Assembly: GCA_965233585.1 (NCBI GenBank)
Contig: CBDDTI010000585.1
Span: forward strand, 1-11,864
Length of the DNA stretch: 11,864 bases
Source of the DNA: a bacterium
GTDB taxonomy: Bacteria; SAR324; NAC60-12
Direction: 5' to 3'
Positions 1 to 7,300 of the stretch are shown here, one piece after another. Numbering within the stretch: position 1 is the first letter of the stretch; every line of letters begins with the position of its first letter. Both the position numbers and the translations under genes were made by a program. A model generated the notes under the pieces. It had not been told where the DNA came from. It saw only the letters and a list, made by a program, of their open reading frames with translations, and did no database searches.

Positions 1-108
1 ACGCGCGCGTGGAGCAGCGCGAATATATGACGTCAGGATGGCGCAATTTGTTCTAAAAAATAGAAAAATTGTCCCATATCATGGGTCCGCGCCCATCCTA
101 AGACTTAC

Positions 109-132
109 GGTCTCCGTTCCCGATTATGGCTC
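109..132 (-). CDS. Candidate 24-nt frame-preserving microexon following the vWA exon
   Basis: ttttgacag|GAGCCATAATCGGGAACGGAGACC|gtaagt. Phase 2-2, open in the vWA frame (R-SHNRERR-P), separated from the 409-220 exon by an 87-nt intron. Confidence 0.5.
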
Positions 133-219
133 CTGTCAAAATTTAACAATCACGTTCCACAAAAGGCAGTTTGAAAATCCACAGACAGTTGTGAAAGCTT
201 AAGTGCAAATCTCGGATAC

Positions 220-409
220 CTTTTACTTGCCCCGATGACTGTAAGAAGCTCTTTTGCAAACTCCAGACTTGTCTGAAAAAAGAATTTGTTCACCCTGACG
301 GAAGCATCAAACAGAAACACTAGATCCAGTCCACAATCTTCGTTTAAGTTGATCCCCCGTCTTCTTTGTTGCTTAGTAGATTCACTGCTACATTGGTTTG
401 CAGGTTTGT
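220..409 (-). CDS. Internal exon encoding a factor B/C2-like scissile region and the N-terminal part of a vWA domain
   Basis: Boundaries tatgttcacag|AC...AAAAG|gtatcc, phase 1-2. Encodes KPANQCSSESTKQQRRRGINLNEDCGLDLVFLFDASVRVNKFFFQTSLEFAKELLTVIGASK. This has the vWA beta1 motif DLVFLFDAS, and the basic stretch QQRRR-GINL resembles human factor B QQKR|KIVL as I recall it. Confidence 0.85.
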
Positions 410-698
410 CTGTGAACATAGAAATTTTAATTTTGGCTGGGATTATATTGTAAAAAAAGGAAACGTGATTTCAATAAGAAATCAAACTTAGAATTCGGAA
501 CCTCGACTTCGAAACTAGTTCTGTTTCATTGATAAATGCAATAAATACACTCATTGTCGGGTCACTCTCCGAGTTTCTTTAATTATTTTCGGATTTGCGG
601 CAACTGTAGCTATTTTGAGTATCATATTTTCTCCACCAAAAACGTTGCAAAGAACCTTTTCTTCACTTTTCGGCTTTTGCTCTTTTCTTCTTGTCCGT

Positions 699-704
699 TT
701 TATT
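699..704 (-). promoter_or_regulatory. Candidate polyadenylation signal (AATAAA) for the protease transcript
   Basis: tttatt on the + strand, about 70 nt downstream of the TAG, in an A-rich 3' UTR. Confidence 0.5.
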
Positions 705-774
705 GTTCTTTTTTGTTTTCTTTTTTGCTGTTGTTGCTTTTGGTTGTGTTTTTGAAAGAACTATTGCACGAGTA

Positions 775-1393
775 CTACTCACTATTTTCTGGTTCTTTCT
801 TTTCATTCATAGTTTCCTTAATCCAGTCGAGGAATGGATGAATCCTGGTGTAGTATCCATACTGATCCTTTTGAGCGCAACCATTCCCCCAGCTGACAAC
901 ACCAATCACGACCCATTTAGAATTCCCGAGTTCTCGAACAAAAGCTCCTCCACTATCCCCCTGACAGGCATCATCTCCTCCTCTCCCGTCCCCAGCGCAA
1001 AACGCTGTGGTTGTGTTGAATTGAATACCTGATTTATTTATACAAAGCTGGTCACTTTGAATTGGAAAAGAAACATGACGAAGCACCTTGGATATCTCAC
1101 TAAAATGGGCAAATTCGCCGCGACGTAAGGGTCGTGTTACTCCCCATCCAGCCACGGTGCCTCTTGTATTGAGAATTGCCAGGTCTCCTAAAATTTTGTC
1201 TGGAAGACACACTGTTCGAACAAACTTGTTAAATTCCACTTCCTGGGTAAGTTTGATCAGAGCAATATCACCATCAAAAAATGGCAAACCAGAGGGTTTA
1301 AATATCGGGTGAACAAAAATCCTCTTGGGGACAACTTGTTGCTGCAAAGTTTCGTTCACCGACAAGACGTGGTAGCCAGCTTTAATAAGGTAA
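775..1393 (-). CDS. Exon 7 (terminal): protease domain with catalytic Asp and Ser
   Basis: Phase-2 acceptor atctttcag|T, then [10 protein letters not shown] running in frame into ORF 775..1365. Contains [35 protein letters not shown] (Asp189, trypsin-like S1), VSWGNGC and YGYYT, ending in TAG. Confidence 0.96.
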
Positions 1394-4300
1394 CTGAAAG
1401 ATTAAATGTGTACAATTTACAACAAAAATCTTCCAATACATAGTAAAAGGCTGATGTTAAATACCGACTTTCCACTGTCAGATCTCAGGGTTGATTTAGG
1501 TCGCAAACTTAATTCTGTAATTTCTAGCCCGATTCGATGTATTTGATGTTGTACCAAGAACGTCAGTGTTTTACTCTCCTTACCCTGATCTTAAGCCTCT
1601 GAAAATCAAGCTTGCTAAACGCTGTACCTCTGAGGTTTTTTCCCCAAGATTTAACCTTTATCTAGCCCACTCACTTTTTCAGCCTTTCTGTCTTCTGTAA
1701 CTGTTAACATTTTCCATGTAACTTTTTTTTTTCTTTTGCAAATGATGTGATGTTTGTTTTGTTTTATACTTTTACATTGTAAGTAGTGTAAGTAAAACAG
1801 TGTAAGTGGTATATTAATATTAATAGTTGATATTGTAACGCAGTTTACGTAGGAAGTATCCTTAATGTAGTTAATGTAAGTATAAAATTGTATGTAGTGG
1901 TTTCTGTGTGGTTATAATAAAAAAAAAATTAAATAAAATAATAAAATAAAAATAAAAAAAAAGAACGTCAGTGTAACCGAACTTATTATATCTAAGTTAG
2001 TACGCGCGCTGTGATTGGTCGATTTAGCGGGCCGTACTCTCCTGCACGGACCGCTAAAATTTAAAGTTTTTTATTTTGTTGCCAAACTGTTGCCTGATTT
2101 ATCACCATACTTTCTCATCTTATATATCGGTCTTATATAGCAAATAACAGTTTAAAACTTTCGTTCACTCCAAATTGTGTACTAAAGCGTGCTAAGGGCT
2201 TAAAAACGATTTCAAATTGACTTGTTTTGCTTTCGACCTGGTTCATGAGACGTTCCTCATGAATGGAAATCGTTCCCAAACCCGTCAGACACACAATACA
2301 GGTATAATAAATATCTTACTAACCTCGTCTACTCGGTCCGTACTGTGAATTACGGATCCTCGATTTTTTTTCCCCTACGATTTATGGCCCGCGTGCTTCG
2401 CGCTTGGGCCATAAATCGAAGGGGAAAAAACTCGGTCCGTAACTTACGGTAAGGACCTCAAACTTAGTAAGAGGTATTTAGTGAGTTAAATTGTACTCCT
2501 TGCTTAAATTTTGTCTTTTGTGGTATCGTATCGCTCTGATTGGTGATTGTTAAGTACAACAATGTTAAAAGATTGGTTTTGTTGTGTTCTTACTCTTTAA
2601 ATATTTGCACTTACAGATTTGCATTTCCAATGAACACTCCCCTAACATCGTAGAAACAGTGGGCTGCGGTTAAAACCCACCGCCGAGAAACAAGCGCACC
2701 ACCACACGAAAACTGAGGAACTGAAAACATAAAAAAGACACATCTAACTATCAAACCCAGGGATGATAACTAAAACTCAGTTGGCCGTGAGCTGCGAATT
2801 TTTTGACCTTCTTTTTTACTTTTTTTTTTTCGGTTTTTAGTGACTCTGATGACCTTAGTTGCACACTCTAGGTACTCCAGGGAGTGTAGCAAAGAAGAAA
2901 TCTCTACTAAATAAAATAACACTAAAATACATGGAAAAATAAGTCCTTTTTTTCGCTGGCCTAGTTCAGTTTACGTATACCTGTAACTCTTGTTGACAAA
3001 ATGTACCATCTGTCTTCCCTGAGTCCCTAAGCGTTATCCAAAACCGTTCATGAAACGGCCTTGTTATGTATAAACGGATCACCAATAATGCCCATAATAG
3101 TAGGTCGTTTGTATTGTGGCGATAATGCTGTGCTTGTTTTAGACAGCAAAGGGCTTTAGCTACATCATTTAAGGCCTATAGTGCAATGGATTAGACACTT
3201 CTAGCTGCTGTTGGCGTTATTTGGCCTAAACTTTGATGTTGTAACCAATTGAAATAGCATTTTCCCAGTCGATGAAATTCAAGTAGATATGGGACATCTT
3301 TATTTGCAAGCAAAACATGGCTAGGAAGAGAAATCCAAGAAAATCAGGTCAAGCGCTGATCATGAGTAGCATTTCCTTGTTTTAGCAAATATAGGCGTTC
3401 CCGGCCTAACGTACGTACTATGAGAACTGCTTCTGATTCGTTGGCGCGGACAAAGTGTATGCGGAGTGTTCGCTTACTCATAATTATGGCCTAGTTTGTT
3501 TGCAGTTAATTCCATCGATTGTCGATAGAGAAAGCTTTTGTTTAGTCCATGTAGGACGTTATAGTCCTTTAGAAAGCTATAGATCAGCTCCCAGCCGGCG
3601 TTTTGATATGTGTACGTCGAAAGCACTCTTAATTACATTGTACAATTCATGATTCAATGATGAGACCGTGAATTTAGTATTTTTGGCCTCAAAAGGCATA
3701 CCGGAGAGTTTTTTCCTATTATTTGAGCTGCTTCAAGCCTTGTCGAAAGCTGGCTCTAGAAAAGAATTGCGAATTCTATCAAGATTATCCGAAACAAGTC
3801 AAATTCTGTGGCTATGTTTTTGCAAATACAGATAAATAGCCTTTCTCTATTTTTTGTTTACCCTTCTTAGCTTTTTTATTCTGTAAGTTTTTCGCCATTA
3901 TCCCACATCAGTGGTCATTAAAGTAATGATCAGTTCACCAACTCTACAAAGATACGGATTAGAAACTTACCATTTTTGTTGATTCTGTAGATTGCAATCT
4001 GCCAAGGCCACATCCCTCTTTGGGAAATTGTTCCACCAACAATCTTAGCCCTAGCATTTACTAAGCTCTGTCCACAGGGAATTATCTCTGTAAAAAATAT
4101 TATCTTGCTTAGTTGCTGTCGTGAGTAATCATGTTAATTATATCAACCTTAAATTGAGTGCGCTACAATGTCCTAAAGGTTGAGAAAGGTGGTCACCACT
4201 TTTTGTAACTGATCTACTCTTGATCTATCAAATCCTTGCTCACCCTCAATCCCTGGTTCCCTTCTTACCTCGAAACATGTGCACGTAGGCAATTTTAAGC

Positions 4301-7300
4301 AACACTTTTTTTGTGAAACAAAAGATTTATGAAGGTTCTCAGACAACTTAAAAAGGAAAGGACATGACCTACCTTCGCATCTAGGGGCCTCAGACCACTT
4401 TCCATCGTTACCACATGTTCTCAATCTGGGTCCAGATAGCGTGTAGCCTTTAACACACTCGTACCTTAACGGGTCATTGAAATTAAAACTTGAGCCAACA
4501 ACTTTGGAATGTGGAATGTTTTCTGGTTTTCCACAAGGTTCTGATTGAGAATACATAAGGAAATCAAACAATTAGGAGTGTTCAGTGCATCATATATTTC
4601 TGTACTGTTTCAAATCGTTTTATTATTATTATTAATTTTTTTTTTTTTTTAATTAATAATAAATAATCAATAACTTTATTAAAATTTTTCTCAAAAAACC
4701 TGTTTACAAATCTTCACACATTCTACTCTCGTCGACTAAAATTCTGTTGCAAATAAAAATAATAACAAGAACGTTTGAATATTTATATAATTGTTACAAT
4801 CAATCATTTAAATTTTAAACTTTTTTTACGCAATAATAATAATAGTAATAATGCTGTTTATACAATTAAAAAAAGTAAAAGTTCTATGTTCATTCCAATA
4901 ATAAAGTATCTATAGCTGTTGAGTCTAGGGAAGTCCTGCTTGACCCTTCTCTATTTCCAGATCACTGTCCTTAATATCTAAGTTCCTCCTTCTCGGGGTT
5001 CTCGATCCCCTTAGGCATAGGAGCGCGCTCCGCAAAATTGCAAAAGACACTTTCGCCCTGACCCATGAAATTGTTGTGGCGTAATTCTCTTGCTTTTTTG
5101 CAGATAATAGCTCGGCCAATCTTGAGTGGTATCTCAGGCATTCATCAGCCATCCCTCCAGTTGTTGTAAATACCAGTGGGGTATTACTGTTACTATTATT
5201 ATTATTACAATTATTATTATTATTATTATTATTATCCACTTCACGTCAAATTTGTTACTATTATTAATATTGTAAACATTTAAGTTCTCATTTGAACTTA
5301 CTTAAACAAGTGGGTTCTACATTTTCTCTCCACTTTCCTCCCTTATAAGTTCGCACTTCCTTGCCGACCAACTTAAATCCTTCATGACAGATGTATCTCG
5401 CTTTAGACAGGGCAATGTTTATAGCGATTTTGATGTTATTTGGTGGGTTTCTTAGAAGTCTCCGAAGTAGATCATTGCATCGTCTATCATTTCCTGCAAC
5501 GAAATACGAAATATATAACGCAGTCTTAACATACACGATTGAACTTTATTCACTTAATTATGTTCTGGACCAGAGTTTCAATAGGAAAACACCTCTGTAT
5601 AAAGTTTTTTTTCATTGACACATTTTTTTATTCTTTAAGGGGTGACACTCTTTAGATTTATGCATTTATATGTTCGGGTCACTTTTTAATTTACACTCTC
5701 CAAAGGATGTTAATTGGTAGCCAAAAGATTGCCATTTATCAGACTTTTAATAAAAAAGTTTGTTTTGAGATAGAAATTAGTTAGAAGTGAGCTCTCCCGG
5801 TGAGAAGTTACTTGGCTCGTAATAAAATTTTCCTTTCACTCTTAGTGTGTCAGCTAGGGGCAGGGATGGTATAGTGGAGAGAGCACTTGTTTGTTTGTGA
5901 AAGCTGATAATAATTATATTTGAAATAATAATAATACTTGAAATTTGTAACGCGCATTTTAACATGACGTGATAATCAGATGGAGTGTTGGTTTTTGTCG
6001 AGGGAGGTAAACCGGAGTATCCGGAGAAAAACACTCGGTGCAGGGACGCGAACCAACAACAAACTCAACCCACATGTGTCGCCGGGTCCGGAAAGGAAAC
6101 CCGGGCCACAGTGGTGGGAGGCAAGTGCTCTCACCACTACACCATCCCTGCCCCTAGCTGACACACTAAGCACTTGCACGTCCGGATGTAATTCAAAACT
6201 CTAGACGCTTTGCTTATTGACCTTCATTTAAACGTTGGTCTGCAACACGGTCTTCATGTTGGAGACCAACAATGAAAGTAGCCGAGCCTGATTCCATGTA
6301 TGTTGGGTTATCGAATAATCAACTATGCAGTAGAAAACATGCTATTATACTTGAAAATGGTCTGAGTATCAATGGCAGTGCACCTTTGAATCAGTCTTAG
6401 GTCCAACAATTCGACACCATCCCATTTTAAAAAGTTCTGTTTTCGTCCATCTAGTCTTCATTCCGGAGGTGCCGTTTTGGTCGCTCTTTTTGACTGATAA
6501 GTGTGTTGAAAGGCGAATCCGGAAAAAGAAAACACTCATTTGCAAACAAAAAAAATGTGAACGAAGTTTTAACTAAGGGTTTCTTCAGCCTTGTTCAGAT
6601 ACACGTCAACTTTCAAGTTTACCACCGTTTTCGTTGATACGCGACTTTGGAAAACAAAACACCAGCGGAAACGTTTCCAGAATTTCTGTCAGTCTTGCGT
6701 GTTATTGACAGATCGGAACAAAATCCACCAATTGCAGCCACTAGTGTGATCTTCTAACCTTCTCTACGTCATGCTATCGGGCTGTGATTGGTGGATTTCG
6801 ATCCGATCTGCCAATAACACGCAAGACTGACGGAAATTTTGGAAACGTTTCCGCGGGTGTTTTGTTTTCCAAAGTCGCGTATCTACGAAAACGGTGGTAA
6901 GTAAGTTATATATTTATTTTTTTCACAAGAAAACGTTTTCTTACTTGCAGCATTAGTACTTTTAGGGAAGAGTATCCAAGTAACAGCAAATAAACATAAC
7001 AGCACCTGGAAGGAAAGTAGTCAATATGTCCACCATAAATCTTTTGGGTACGAAGGGAAGAGCAGAAGGTACACATATGACTCCGTGGGACTGACATTGC
7101 GAACTTTTATGCAATGCAGTTCTATTCCTTCACTTCGCTGTTTCACGAAACTGGCATCATTTACACAGGGGCATATTTGTTACACCTATCAACTGATAAA
7201 AGTTTGATCAGTCTAACCCTTTGACGCCCAACTGGCCATATATGGTCACTTAATAGTCGTGCTCTTTGTACCACTTGTGACGTCATCCATTTAGGTGTCA

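Noticed and set aside
554..1312. Plus-strand ORFs 554..841, 691..1032 and 1088..1312
   Set aside because: Antisense shadows of the protease exon and its A-rich 3' UTR; low complexity with no domain signal.
2846..2905. Hammerhead-ribozyme-like CTGATGA...hairpin...GAAA
   Set aside because: The hairpin does not close directly between the two core motifs, and I could not build stems I and III with a valid cleavage triplet.
3455..3652. Short ORF 3455..3652 (also 5391..5618, 5777..6204, 9075..9306 and 11424..11771)
   Set aside because: No recognisable domain or supporting splice structure. They lie in intronic or repeat sequence, or antisense to real exons.
4925..5239. Poly-Asn protein gene
   Set aside because: The N-run is the (AAT)n microsatellite fused by chance in frame to a retrotransposon C-terminus.
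6085..6155. tRNA gene
   Set aside because: The B box is degenerate, there is no complete cloverleaf, and the sequence continues into a SINE body and simple-repeat tail.
6234..6270. 14-bp hairpin gttggtctgcaaca/tgttggagaccaac
   Set aside because: Short and imperfect, most likely a decayed repeat remnant, with no evidence of function.
6906..7097. ORF-track 63-aa protein, or the nearby ATG (MVDIL...) as the gene start
   Set aside because: Neither frame joins exon 3. The signal-peptide frame has an upstream TGA and a good acceptor at 7006, and the exon at 9489-9469 supplies an in-phase ATG.
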